Assembly (NCBI GenBank): GCA_963822965.1
Contig: CAWGJT010000012.1
Span: 96,001 to 160,000, forward strand
DNA length: 64,000 bases
Source of the DNA: an uncultured delta proteobacterium
GTDB taxonomy: Bacteria; Myxococcota_A; UBA9160; UBA4427
Direction: 5' to 3'
The position numbers and the translations under genes are program-made. The notes under the pieces were generated by a model. The model was given only the letters and a program-made list of their open reading frames with translations. It ran no database searches and was not told the DNA's origin. Each line of letters begins with the position of its first letter. Position 1 is the first letter of the stretch. Below are positions 28,600 through 37,814 of the stretch, one piece after another.

Positions 28600-28639
28600 C
28601 GGGGCCGAGTGTAGGGGAGGACGTGCGACCGGCGAGCGC

Positions 28640-29170
28640 TCAGCCGTCCTCGGCCGCGTCCTCGCTCCAGGAGCGAACCACCGCCACGACCCAGCCGAGC
28701 AGCACCACGTGCGCCAGCACGAAGAAGATCGTGAGCCATGGGATCGGTTGATAGTCCGGCTCCACCTCCCGCATGGACAGCACGTTGGGGAACATGCTCA
28801 GCATGCGGATGCGGAAGCCGTAGTAGGTGACCAGCACCACGGCGTCGCGCCCTTCGGTGGCGAAGTTGTTCGCCTGGGCGGCGAGGTCCCCCGTGTCGAA
28901 CTTGAAGTACGGCGGCCAGCCCCAGCCCGTGTCCTGATTGCGAAACATGCGCGCCGAGCCGTCGAGGTTCTCGGCCATGACGTATCGGACGTCCTGGCTC
29001 CGACGCCTGCCTTCCGGATCCTGGACCTCCTTGCGCGTCACCTCGGTTCCGGTGACGTGAACCTTCACGTGGCGGGGCAGGCTGTACGCGCAGAAGACCG
29101 CGTAGGCGAGCAGCACGAGCAGCCCGCCGCCGATCCCCAGGCGCTTCAGCCAGCGTACGAATCGGTTCAT
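28640..29170 (-). CDS. DUF1523 family membrane protein
   Basis: YSLP, FRNQDTGWGWPPYFKFDTGDL, YYGFRIRMLSMFPNVLS, IPW; flanking TM helices. Confidence 0.85.
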   Translation of the reverse strand: MNRFVRWLKRLGIGGGLLVLLAYAVFCAYSLPRHVKVHVTGTEVTRKEVQDPEGRRRSQDVRYVMAENLDGSARMFRNQDTGWGWPPYFKFDTGDLAAQANNFATEGRDAVVLVTYYGFRIRMLSMFPNVLSMREVEPDYQPIPWLTIFFVLAHVVLLGWVVAVVRSWSEDAAEDG

Positions 29171-29449
29171 GGATTCGGACCCGTCCTCCTACCCGAACGG
29201 CCGGGCCGCCGGCGCGGCAGAGCCGACTCGGAGCGGCAGCGTATCACGCCGGCGGGCGACCGAGCTGGGGCCCAATTCCCCACGAGACGAGCGACGACTC
29301 CTGGATCCCCTCGTTTTTCGCTCTAGCTCCAGCCCTTTTCCAAGGGTGCCATCGCCGAAAGAATCCCTAGAATCGCGTGGTCGGCGACATGGCGTGATCG
29401 TCGCGCTCGCTCGCCCGACGACCTCATGACCGATCAGGAGTGACGTTCG

Positions 29450-30397
29450 ATGCAGATCCAGCGCCGCAGTTCGACCCGGGCCCGCGCACTCTCGACCGCG
29501 GGAGCCCTGCTCGCCGCCCTGCTCGCAGCCCCGGCCTTCGCCCAGGTAGACGTCGTGGGCGCCGATCCCCCGCCCGAAGGCGCTCCGCCGACGAGCCTGC
29601 TGTTCGGCTACCAGCATCAATTCCAGACCGACATCGGCAACCACGGCAAGTTCAGCCGCGAGGCGGTCATCGCGCGCGGGATCCACATGTTCGACCTCGG
29701 CGACAGCGTGAAGCTGATGGGACAGGCCAGCTACCAGGGCCACTACTACGACTTCACCAACAGCGCCGCGCCGTTCAGCTGGAGCGACATCCACCAGGGG
29801 ACCGTCGCAGGCGTGCTGATGTGGAAGGTGGCCGACCACTGGTCGCTGCTCGGTGCCGGCCTCGTCCGGTCCACGGGCGAGGGCGGAGCCAAGTTCGGGG
29901 ACACGATCACCGCCGGCGGCGGCGTGGGCTTCGTCTACCGCTCGAGCCCCGACTTCCGGGTCGGCGTGCTGCTGGGCGCCCTGAGCCAGCTCGAAGACAG
30001 CGCCTCGCTCCTCCCGCTGCCGGTGCTCGACTGGAAGTTCGCGGACGACTGGAAGCTGCACCTGGGCGTGAACATCGTGAGCTCCGTGGGCTACGGCGGT
30101 GAGATCTCCTACGAGCCCTCGGAATCGTGGACCCTGGCGACGGGCTTCTCCTACGAACGCTGGCGCTACCGCCTGGACGACGGCGGCGCCAACGCCGACG
30201 GCGTGGCCGAGGAGAGGTCGCTGCCCATCTACGCGAAGATCGGCTTCCACCCCTCCAAGGACGTCGACCTCAGCGTGGTGGGCGACGTGGCGACCGGCGG
30301 CAAGCTTCGCGTCGAGGGACAGAGCGGCCGGAAGATCCGCCAGAAGAGCTACGACCCGGCGCCGGGCGTGTCGTTCCAGGCCACGTTCCGCTTCTGA
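29450..30397 (+). CDS. Outer-membrane beta-barrel protein (DUF6268-like)
   Basis: Signal peptide (PAFA), amphipathic strands, LLPLPVLDWKF, C-terminal FQATFRF BAM-type signature. Confidence 0.75.
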   Translation: MQIQRRSSTRARALSTAGALLAALLAAPAFAQVDVVGADPPPEGAPPTSLLFGYQHQFQTDIGNHGKFSREAVIARGIHMFDLGDSVKLMGQASYQGHYYDFTNSAAPFSWSDIHQGTVAGVLMWKVADHWSLLGAGLVRSTGEGGAKFGDTITAGGGVGFVYRSSPDFRVGVLLGALSQLEDSASLLPLPVLDWKFADDWKLHLGVNIVSSVGYGGEISYEPSESWTLATGFSYERWRYRLDDGGANADGVAEERSLPIYAKIGFHPSKDVDLSVVGDVATGGKLRVEGQSGRKIRQKSYDPAPGVSFQATFRF

Positions 30398-30418
30398 CGG
30401 TCCCCGCGACTCGAAGGC

Positions 30419-30916
30419 TCAGCGGGACGGGGCCGGGGACGGCTCCGTCCCGTCGCACGCCAGGTACGCGAGCAGATCGCGGCGCTGGTCGGCGTCCGGC
30501 AGCCCGGCGTAGCTCATGCGCGTGTCGGCGATGAACCACGAAGGATCCTCGACGTAGCGATCCAGCGCGGCGAGCGTCCAGCGCTCGTCGCTTCGCTCGT
30601 CGAAGGCCGCCGAGTACGAGAACGACCGGAGCGAGCCGATCGGCCGGCCCACCACCCCGTGAAGCTCCGGCCCCTGGAGCCGGGACGCACCGCCGGCCAC
30701 ATCGTGACACCGGGAGCACTCGGCCTGGAAGACCAGGGCGCCGCGTGGCAGGTCGGCGCCCTGGAAGGGGGCCCGCCCGGCCCGAGCCGCCGCGCAGGCA
30801 TCCGGGGGATCGGCCCCCGCGAAGGGCGAAGGCGACGCGCACGACGCCAGGACGGCGGCGGCGCCGGCTGCCGCGAGCGTCAGCGCCAGCCCGATCGTCC
30901 GCAGGGTCGAGCTCAC
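30419..30916 (-). CDS. Class I c-type cytochrome (cytochrome c2/c550-like), probable lipoprotein
   Basis: CSRCH heme motif, GPELHGVVGR.IG...F.YS, W....L..Y...P, TRMSYAGL (distal Met); lipobox LASC; RBS GGAGG plus GTG. Confidence 0.88.
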   Translation of the reverse strand: MSSTLRTIGLALTLAAAGAAAVLASCASPSPFAGADPPDACAAARAGRAPFQGADLPRGALVFQAECSRCHDVAGGASRLQGPELHGVVGRPIGSLRSFSYSAAFDERSDERWTLAALDRYVEDPSWFIADTRMSYAGLPDADQRRDLLAYLACDGTEPSPAPSR

Positions 30917-31074
30917 CGGAGTGCCTCCCGAGGGCTTGGAGGGTCGCCAGGCGACCCGGGCTCGCAAGCCTACCCGCCGCCGGCGCCACGGTCAGCCCCG
31001 GGCTTCTGCGGTCTCCGGCGGCACGCCGTCTCGGGCGAAGAAGCCGCGCGGCTCAGGCGAAGGAGCCGCGCGGC

Positions 31075-31740
31075 TCAGACGAAGGGCACACTCTCGATGA
31101 GCTCCGCACGCGTCTCCTCGCGAAGCTGCGACCAGACGATCTGCACGATGCTGCGCTTGAGGCCCTCGTAGATCGCGTCGGCTTCGCGGCTGTCCCGGGC
31201 CAGGCTCGTCCGCCCCACCACCGCGGCCAGCAGCGACATCACCGTGTGCGAGACGGCGGCGGCGTCGGGAAGGGTGCCCCGGCCGAGGCTGTCCTCGAGG
31301 CCCTGGCAGATGGCGCGCTCGGAACGCTCGAAGAGCGCCCGCAGGGCGGCGCGGATCTCCTCGGAGTGGTCGAGCGCTTCGAGCTGCAGGAACACGGGCA
31401 GGCGGATCAGCTGGGGCTGCTGCTCCAGGATGTCGCGCCAACCCTCCACCAGCTCCTCGAGCCGTTCGTGGGGCAGCGCGCGCAGGTAGGCCCGCTTCTG
31501 CAGCTCTTCGATCCAGCGCCCGCCCAGAGCCTCGAGCACCGCGGCCAGCAGGCCCTCCTTGTGATCGAAGTGCCAGTAGAGGGCGGTCTTGGCGACGCCC
31601 GCACGCCGGCAGATGTCGTTCACGCTCGTCGCGCGGTAGCCGCGCTCGCTGATGAGCTCGGTGGCCGACTCGACGAGCCGCTGCCGGCTCTCCTCGCCCC
31701 GTTCGCGCCTCGCGTGGCTCGCCGCCCGGGTATTGCGCAC
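31075..31740 (-). CDS. TetR/AcrR family transcriptional regulator
   Basis: SRQRLVESATELISERGYRATSVNDICRRAGVAKTALYWHFDHKEGLL HTH; GTG start 1 nt after the upstream stop. Confidence 0.92.
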   Translation of the reverse strand: MRNTRAASHARRERGEESRQRLVESATELISERGYRATSVNDICRRAGVAKTALYWHFDHKEGLLAAVLEALGGRWIEELQKRAYLRALPHERLEELVEGWRDILEQQPQLIRLPVFLQLEALDHSEEIRAALRALFERSERAICQGLEDSLGRGTLPDAAAVSHTVMSLLAAVVGRTSLARDSREADAIYEGLKRSIVQIVWSQLREETRAELIESVPFV

Positions 31741-31741
31741 G

Positions 31742-32575
31742 TCAGCCCACCGCCGGGACGAGATCGATCTCGGCGAGACGCGCCCGCGCGAGATCCAGGT
31801 CGTCGACCTGATTGGGATGGAAGTCGCGGCGGAAATAGCCGAGCAGCTGGCCGCGCACGTAGGCGACGAGCTGCGGGTCGACGCGCTGCTCGAGCTGCCT
31901 TCGCAGCGCACGCGCCTCCCGGCGGGAGACGCCGTCCTGACGGAGCAGCATGCGCGCACCGGCGCCCGACCAGCCGAGGAGCGACGCGCTCGCCAGCAGG
32001 TAGCCGAGGATGCGCATGGGATAGGAGATGCCCGCCGCCTGCATCACGTCGAAGGCCACGGCCTTGTGCTCCACCTCCTCGGCGGCGTGCCAGACGATGA
32101 GCGCCTGCATGGTCGGATGGAACTTGCGCATCTCGGGATTGGCCAGGGCGAAGTGGCCGAGGGTCGCCGTGTAGTGCTCGGCGCCGGCGGTCATGGCCAG
32201 CCGCAGGCTGCGCGGCAGCCGGTCCAGCCAGCGCGCGAAGGTGCGGAAGCGCTTCAGGAAGCGGTCGATGCGGTAGCCCTGGGCGCGCATGATGTCGAAA
32301 TAGCGCTCGTGCTCGCGACCGTGGACGGCTTCCTGTCCGGCGAACGCCCGGGCCTGCTTCGCCAGCGCGGGATCCTGGATCGACCGCAGGTGGTCGTTCA
32401 CCGCCTTGATGAAGAAGCGCTCTCCGTCGGGGAACGTGAGGTTGAGCGCGTTGAAGATGTGGCTGGCGACGGCATTGCCGTCGGCCCAGTGCTTCGGGAT
32501 CTCGGCGTCGAAGGGAAGCTCCGGGCGCCGAATGTGGATCTCGTGGCGCGAGCCGGGCTCGAGATGCGGAGCCAT
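31742..32575 (-). CDS. 'Metal-dependent hydrolase' family protein (ferritin-like diiron motifs)
   Basis: FNALNLTFPDGERFFI, FAGQEAVHGREH, TAGAEHYTA, WHAAEEVEHKAVAFDV. Confidence 0.85.
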   Translation of the reverse strand: MAPHLEPGSRHEIHIRRPELPFDAEIPKHWADGNAVASHIFNALNLTFPDGERFFIKAVNDHLRSIQDPALAKQARAFAGQEAVHGREHERYFDIMRAQGYRIDRFLKRFRTFARWLDRLPRSLRLAMTAGAEHYTATLGHFALANPEMRKFHPTMQALIVWHAAEEVEHKAVAFDVMQAAGISYPMRILGYLLASASLLGWSGAGARMLLRQDGVSRREARALRRQLEQRVDPQLVAYVRGQLLGYFRRDFHPNQVDDLDLARARLAEIDLVPAVG

Positions 32576-32606
32576 GGGGCGTTCCTCCGGTCGAATCGAG
32601 TGCTTG

Positions 32607-32642
32607 TAATGTACCGATCGGTACGTAACGTTCGGTACATTA
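32607..32642. promoter_or_regulatory. Double palindromic operator, probably for the TetR regulator
   Basis: GTACCGATCGGTAC (perfect 14-bp palindrome, 32611-32624) directly followed by GTAACGTTCGGTAC (2 mismatches); outer inverted repeat TAATGTACCGA/TCGGTACATTA; about 30 nt upstream of the operon start. Confidence 0.75.
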
Positions 32643-32812
32643 GCAGTCACGTGTAGCTCCGCCAAGCGCACTCTCGATCGTCCGCGAGGCCCCGTGGGTG
32701 TGTCTCCGGGCCCACGGGCTTCTCCAGATCCTTCCGGGATCGTGCCGTTGGCAGCAGACCTTGCCGATTTCGGCTGGTATCCTTCGCGCCCCGACGGCCA
32801 TGGACCTCCCAC

Positions 32813-33670
32813 ATGGGCTCGAAGAACTCGAAGAAGAGCAAGCGCAGCAGGCGCCGCCAGCTCGAGATCGCACGGGTCACCCGCCGCCCGGGTGAGTCTG
32901 CGCTTTCACACCGCCTGCGGGTGCTGGCGCGCGCCTCCGCGCTGCGGGTGGGCAAGGAGATCCGCCCGGCGATCAACCGCGTCCTGGGACGGCATTCGAA
33001 GATCGGCGCCCGGCCCTGGCTCGATCCCGACCGGTTCGACTGGGTCCCCTCCCTCGAAGCGAGCTGGGAGGCGATCCGCAAGGAGGCCGAGGTCGTGCTC
33101 CAGGCGCGGTCGCAGCTGCCGCCGCTCCACGAGATCTCGCCGGATCACAGCCGGATCGACACCGCCGACGACAAGTGGAAGGTGTACTTCCTCAAGGGCT
33201 ACGGATTCTGGGTGGACGAGCACTGCCGGCAGTGTCCGGCCACCACCGAGGCCGTGCGTCGGATCCCGGGCGTCGAGAGCGCCTTCTTCTCGATCCTCGA
33301 GGCCGGCAAGCACATCCCGCGTCACCGGGGGCCGACGCGGGCGATCTTCACCTGCCATCTCGGCCTGCTGCTGCCAAGCGAGCCGGAGAAGTGCTGGATC
33401 GAGGTGGCGCGCATCCGCCGGCGCTGGGAGGTCGGCAAGACGCTGATCTTCGACGACACCTACAAGCACGAGGTGCTGAACGACACCGGCGAAGATCGGG
33501 TCGTCCTGCTGCTCCACGTGAGACGGCCGCTGCGCTTCCCGGTGAGCCTGCTCGGGCGCGCCGTCTTCGGCGCCATCCGATGGAGCCCCTTCGTGCAGGA
33601 CGGCCTCCGCAACCAGCGCCGTTGGGAAGAGCGGCTGGCCCGGGCGGAGGAGCACAGGCGGGCCGCCTGA
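32813..33670 (+). CDS. Aspartyl/asparaginyl beta-hydroxylase domain protein (LpxO-like Fe(II)/2OG dioxygenase)
   Basis: LEASWEAIRKE, WKVYFL.GYG, CPAT, AFFSILEAGKHIPRHRGP, HLGL, FDDTYKHEVLN.T..DRVVL. Confidence 0.88.
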   Translation: MGSKNSKKSKRSRRRQLEIARVTRRPGESALSHRLRVLARASALRVGKEIRPAINRVLGRHSKIGARPWLDPDRFDWVPSLEASWEAIRKEAEVVLQARSQLPPLHEISPDHSRIDTADDKWKVYFLKGYGFWVDEHCRQCPATTEAVRRIPGVESAFFSILEAGKHIPRHRGPTRAIFTCHLGLLLPSEPEKCWIEVARIRRRWEVGKTLIFDDTYKHEVLNDTGEDRVVLLLHVRRPLRFPVSLLGRAVFGAIRWSPFVQDGLRNQRRWEERLARAEEHRRAA

Positions 33671-33671
33671 C

Positions 33672-33763
33672 CGGCCGCGTCGGGATCCGTTCTTCGGCCG
33701 CGTCGGGATCCGTTCTTCGGCCGCGTCGGGATCCGTTCTTCGGCCGCGTCGGGATCAGCTCTT
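33672..33763. repeat. 23-bp tandem repeat, 4 copies, between convergent genes
   Basis: CGGCCGCGTCGGGATCCGTTCTT at 33672, 33695, 33718; the fourth copy (33741, 2 mismatches) contains the cupin stop codon; no spacers. Confidence 0.93.
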
Positions 33764-34144
33764 CTTCAGCTCGATCAGGATCTCGTGGTAGGTCTGGTCG
33801 CCGACGTTGTACGCCCACTCGGTGCCGCCCTTGGGAACCATCACCGTGTTGCCCTGGGGCGGGATCTTTCCCACGAAGGACTCCATGGGGCTGCCCTTCG
33901 GCATCACCCCGGCCACGAGATCTCCCGAGAAGACGACGAGATAGTAGTCGTGCTCGTGGTGATGGAGATCGCTGTGCTCGCCGGGCTCGAGCTTCATCTC
34001 CCAGATGCGAAGGTTGTCGTCCTCGAAGAGGACGTGATTCGCGACGTTGCCCACGGCGTCGCCGGCGTGCTCCTCGCGGAACTTCTCGATGCGCTCCTTC
34101 ATCTGGGGCGTGATCTCGGCGTATTCGGGCTCGGTGTGGCGCAT
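33755..34144 (-). CDS. Small cupin-fold protein
   Basis: VLFEDDNLRIWEMKLEPGEHSDLHHHEHDY, AYNVG...YHEILIELK; RBS AGGAG. Confidence 0.8.
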   Translation of the reverse strand: MRHTEPEYAEITPQMKERIEKFREEHAGDAVGNVANHVLFEDDNLRIWEMKLEPGEHSDLHHHEHDYYLVVFSGDLVAGVMPKGSPMESFVGKIPPQGNTVMVPKGGTEWAYNVGDQTYHEILIELKKS

Positions 34145-34287
34145 GGCGATCTCGTCTCCTGACAGGGTGATGGGGACACCGAGGGTAGCAGCGACGCCGG
34201 AGACCGGGACGCAGGAATCGATGGGGCCTTCGTGTAGAATCGGGGCTCCGGCGGCGAACCGAGACGGGAGACGCAGCGGCGACGACC

Positions 34288-35832
34288 ATGAATTCCAGCC
34301 GAACCGAGCCGAGGGCGGTCCGCACGATCCGGGACGGTGCCGTGCGACTCGGGCTGGCGCTGGCGCTGTGCGTGAGCCTGGGCGCAGGGTGCAGGGCCCA
34401 GGTCGTGAACCTGAAGCCCCAGAACGTCCCCGCCCGCTTCCGGCCCCTGGCCGCCTACTCGCTCAAGGCCGCCGTGACCGCGGCGGACGTGCACGGAGCG
34501 GGCTCTTCCGGCGCCACCGAAGAGGGGCTCGTCGACTTCCTCGTCAACGAGCAGATCTTCACCGACGTCGTCTACCCCTACCGGGAAGGCGAGGACGAGG
34601 TCGACGTCCTCCTGAAGGTGAGCGTGAAGGGCGACTTCCGCTCCGGCGGAGCCGCGAACTTCTTCACGTGGTTCCCGGGCGGGCTCCTGCTGATTCCGAA
34701 CTTCCGCGGCACGCGCTGGACCTACGACGCACACGCCGAGGTCGACGCCCTCGACGCGCGCAGCCAGCAGCCCATCGGGCACTACGTCGCCGACACCTCC
34801 CACGAATCGATCCACCGCTCGGCGAGCCCGGGCCCGTTCTTCAGCGCCGCGCTCATCGTTCCGGCGGTCATCAAGGGAGCGCGCGTGGCGTCCCCACGCC
34901 AGCCCTACACCAGCATGATCTACGCCAAGGCCTATCCCGACCTGTGGAAGCAGATCGGGGCGCAGATCATCGCCCAGGAGCCGCAGTACCTCGCCATCGC
35001 CGAACGCACCCGGAAGCCGGGCTACGCCCAGGCGCCGGCGCCCGCGTGGACGCCGGCACCGGCCCGAAAGCCGCCGCCCAAGGCCCCGCCGGCGCGCGAC
35101 CTCTACTCGAGCAAGGTTGCCGTCGTCGTCGGCATCGACCGCTATGCCTCCTGGCCCAAGCTGAACGGCGCGGTCTCCGACGCGCGGCGCATGGCGGCCT
35201 ATCTGCGCGGGGCCGGCTTCGACCAGGTGATCGAGATCTACGACGGCGACGCGACGCGACACCGGCTGCTGCAGGTGCTCGGTACCGAGCTCGGGGAGTA
35301 CGTCGACTCCGACTCGATGGCGTTCATCTACTTCGCCGGCCACGGCGACACGGAGACCCTGCCCGGCGGCTCCAAGCGCGGCTACCTGATTCCGGCCGAT
35401 GCCGACTCGGACGCCTTCGCGACGGGAATCTCGATGGATACCGTGCGCGACCTCTCGAATCGCATGACCGCCAAGCACGTCCTCTACGCGATCGACGCCT
35501 GCTACTCGGGCCTGGCCCTCACGCGCGGCATCTCGCTGCCGCGAACCACCAGCGGCTACCTGAGGAAGGTGACGAAGATGCGCGCGGTGCAGATCCTCGC
35601 CGCCGGCTCCGAGGGGGAGCAGGCGGTGGAGGTCGGCGGGCAGGGGCTCTTCACCACCTACCTGCTGCGAGGCATGAGCGGCGAGGCCGATCTCGACGGC
35701 GACGGAGCGGTGACCGCCCGGGAGATCGCCGCCTACGTCCGCCCCCAGGTGACCGTCGCCTCCGGCGCGCGCCAGACCCCGCAGTTCGGAACCATCGAAG
35801 GCAGCGGCGAGGTCGTCTTCCTCAACCGCTGA
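34288..35832 (+). CDS. Lipoprotein with C-terminal caspase-like (peptidase C14) domain
   Basis: Lipobox LGAGC; Pro-rich linker; AVVVGIDRY, LNGAVSDA, FIYFAGHG (His), YLIPAD, IDACYSG (Cys), GLFTTYLLRG, DLDGDGAVT, QTPQFG. Confidence 0.9.
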   Translation: MNSSRTEPRAVRTIRDGAVRLGLALALCVSLGAGCRAQVVNLKPQNVPARFRPLAAYSLKAAVTAADVHGAGSSGATEEGLVDFLVNEQIFTDVVYPYREGEDEVDVLLKVSVKGDFRSGGAANFFTWFPGGLLLIPNFRGTRWTYDAHAEVDALDARSQQPIGHYVADTSHESIHRSASPGPFFSAALIVPAVIKGARVASPRQPYTSMIYAKAYPDLWKQIGAQIIAQEPQYLAIAERTRKPGYAQAPAPAWTPAPARKPPPKAPPARDLYSSKVAVVVGIDRYASWPKLNGAVSDARRMAAYLRGAGFDQVIEIYDGDATRHRLLQVLGTELGEYVDSDSMAFIYFAGHGDTETLPGGSKRGYLIPADADSDAFATGISMDTVRDLSNRMTAKHVLYAIDACYSGLALTRGISLPRTTSGYLRKVTKMRAVQILAAGSEGEQAVEVGGQGLFTTYLLRGMSGEADLDGDGAVTAREIAAYVRPQVTVASGARQTPQFGTIEGSGEVVFLNR

Positions 35833-35851
35833 AGCGTGCGCCGCGCCCCGA

Positions 35852-37639
35852 TCAAGCGCTCGCGGCCGCGTTCTCGGTCGGCGGACCGGCGCGCCGGGGC
35901 AGCCGCACCGCGAACGTGGTTCCTCGGCCGGGGTGCGACTCCACGCTGATCTGCCCGTCGTGGCTCTCGACGATCTGGAACGAGATGGCCAGGCCGAGCC
36001 CGGTCCCTTCGCCGACGGGCTTGGTGGTGAAGAAGGGATCGAAGATGCGATCCAGGTCCTCGGGCGGGATACCCTTGCCGTCGTCGGTGACCGTGACGGT
36101 CACGAAGTCCGCGTCCGCGCGGCTCTCCAGCATGAGGCGACCCCGTCCCTCGATCGCCTGCAGGGCGTTGAGCACGAGGTTCAGGAACACCTGCTGCAGG
36201 TGGGCGGCGTGTCCCCACACGCGGGGCACGGCGCCGAAGCGACTCTCGGTGCGCACCGTGTGGGGGATCTGGGGCTGGGCGACGCGAAGGACGCGCGCCA
36301 GGAGATCGTTGAGATCGATCCATTCGCGCTCGTCCGGGGTGCCGCGCGCGAACCCCTTCACGTCCCGGACGATGCCCACGGTCCGGTCGACGCCGTCGAT
36401 GCACTCCACCAGCAGCTCGCGACCCTCGGCGATCACGTCGACGTCGGCGTCGACTTCGCCGGTCTCCGGCAGGCGCTTCGCGATCTCCTCCCAATGCCGC
36501 TGGAGCTGGGCGAGGTTCGCCCGCACGAAGGCGATCGGGTTGTTGATCTCGTGCGCGATCCCCGCCGCCAGCTCGCCCACGGCGGCCAGGCGGCCCGACG
36601 TGACCAGGTGGTGGCGAAGCTCCTCGACCTCCCGGAGATCCCGGACCACGAGCACGGTGCCGATGGACCGACCGCGCTTGTCGAGCAGCCGCGAAGTGGA
36701 GATGGAGACGGCCAGCTCGCGGCCGTCGACACCCCGGAGACGGCACTCGTGGTCGCGCAGGTTCCGGGCCGGGTCCATGAGGGAGACGCCGAGCGCCACA
36801 CCGACGGGCTGACCCGCCAGGTGGCCGGGCTCGACGCCCAGCATCGCGGCCATGCGGTCGTTGCCGGACAGAATCTCGCCCCGGACGTCCACCAGGGCGA
36901 GACCGTCCGGCAGGGTCGCCAGGATCTCGCGCGCGAAGCTGCTGGGCGCCAGGGCCGAGAAGCCGTAGCGGTAGTGGCTGAAGGCGATCGCCGCCCCCAG
37001 CACCGCGAAGGAGGTCGAGCCGAGCCGGGGGAACGGCACCTGGAGGAGGGGCAGCACTCCCGACAGCAGCCCGCCGACGAAGAACGGTGCGGCGATGCTG
37101 ACCACGACCAGGCGAAGCTGGCTGCGCTGCGCGGGCGAACGAACCCGGCGCAGGCGATGGATCGCCACGCCCAGGGCCGGGATCACGCAGGCCAGCGTGA
37201 AGACCAAGAACCACACGTGGCCGGGCCCCGTCTCGAAGCACCAGCCGAAGGGCGTAGCGAACGCGGCGCCGTGGAGGTGCGACGTGAAGAGCTGCAGCCC
37301 CGCGAAGACCGTCCCGACGGCGTACGCGGGCACGATGGAGAGGGTCATCCAGCGCGGCGGATGGGTGTGCTGGGCGATGAGGTGCAGCGTCAGGGGACCG
37401 ATGAAGGTCCAGCCGGGCCCCGCCGCGTGATGCCAGAGCCAGGCGCTCTCCGGGCCGGGCGCCGCGGTCCACAGCACCTGACAGAAGCTCCACCAGGCGG
37501 CTCCGCCCACCAGCAGGGTGGCGAGCTGGTTCGCTCGCGCCCGGGGATCGCGCAGCGCGATGGCGAGCGCGCTCAGCGCGCTCACCAGACAGCCCACCAG
37601 GGACACCACCAGCTGAAGCTCGCGAACGCCCGAATCCAT
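35852..37639 (-). CDS. Sensor histidine kinase (N-terminal 7TM region, PAS, NtrB-type HisKA/HATPase)
   Basis: About 7 TM helices; LPDGLALVD..G.I...N PAS; LAAGIAHEINNP H-box; QVFLNLVLNA, DDGKG, FDPFFTTKPVGEGTGLGL. Confidence 0.93.
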   Translation of the reverse strand: MDSGVRELQLVVSLVGCLVSALSALAIALRDPRARANQLATLLVGGAAWWSFCQVLWTAAPGPESAWLWHHAAGPGWTFIGPLTLHLIAQHTHPPRWMTLSIVPAYAVGTVFAGLQLFTSHLHGAAFATPFGWCFETGPGHVWFLVFTLACVIPALGVAIHRLRRVRSPAQRSQLRLVVVSIAAPFFVGGLLSGVLPLLQVPFPRLGSTSFAVLGAAIAFSHYRYGFSALAPSSFAREILATLPDGLALVDVRGEILSGNDRMAAMLGVEPGHLAGQPVGVALGVSLMDPARNLRDHECRLRGVDGRELAVSISTSRLLDKRGRSIGTVLVVRDLREVEELRHHLVTSGRLAAVGELAAGIAHEINNPIAFVRANLAQLQRHWEEIAKRLPETGEVDADVDVIAEGRELLVECIDGVDRTVGIVRDVKGFARGTPDEREWIDLNDLLARVLRVAQPQIPHTVRTESRFGAVPRVWGHAAHLQQVFLNLVLNALQAIEGRGRLMLESRADADFVTVTVTDDGKGIPPEDLDRIFDPFFTTKPVGEGTGLGLAISFQIVESHDGQISVESHPGRGTTFAVRLPRRAGPPTENAAASA

Positions 37640-37814
37640 CCCGGCTCGTATCGTCCCGACAGCGACCGCGATTGACGGGCGTGTTCGGGGCCGCCGTCGC
37701 GGCCTCCCCTTCGGAACTGAGTGACCGGGATCACGAACTTCGCGTGACATGCGTCCGATCCCCCCCGGACGTACCGCGCGATCGCATCGTACGGGCGCAG
37801 TGGGGAGGAACGGA

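Noticed and set aside
33672..33763. Possible CRISPR array (23-bp repeats)
   Set aside because: Repeats are directly adjacent with no spacers, and there are no cas genes in the window
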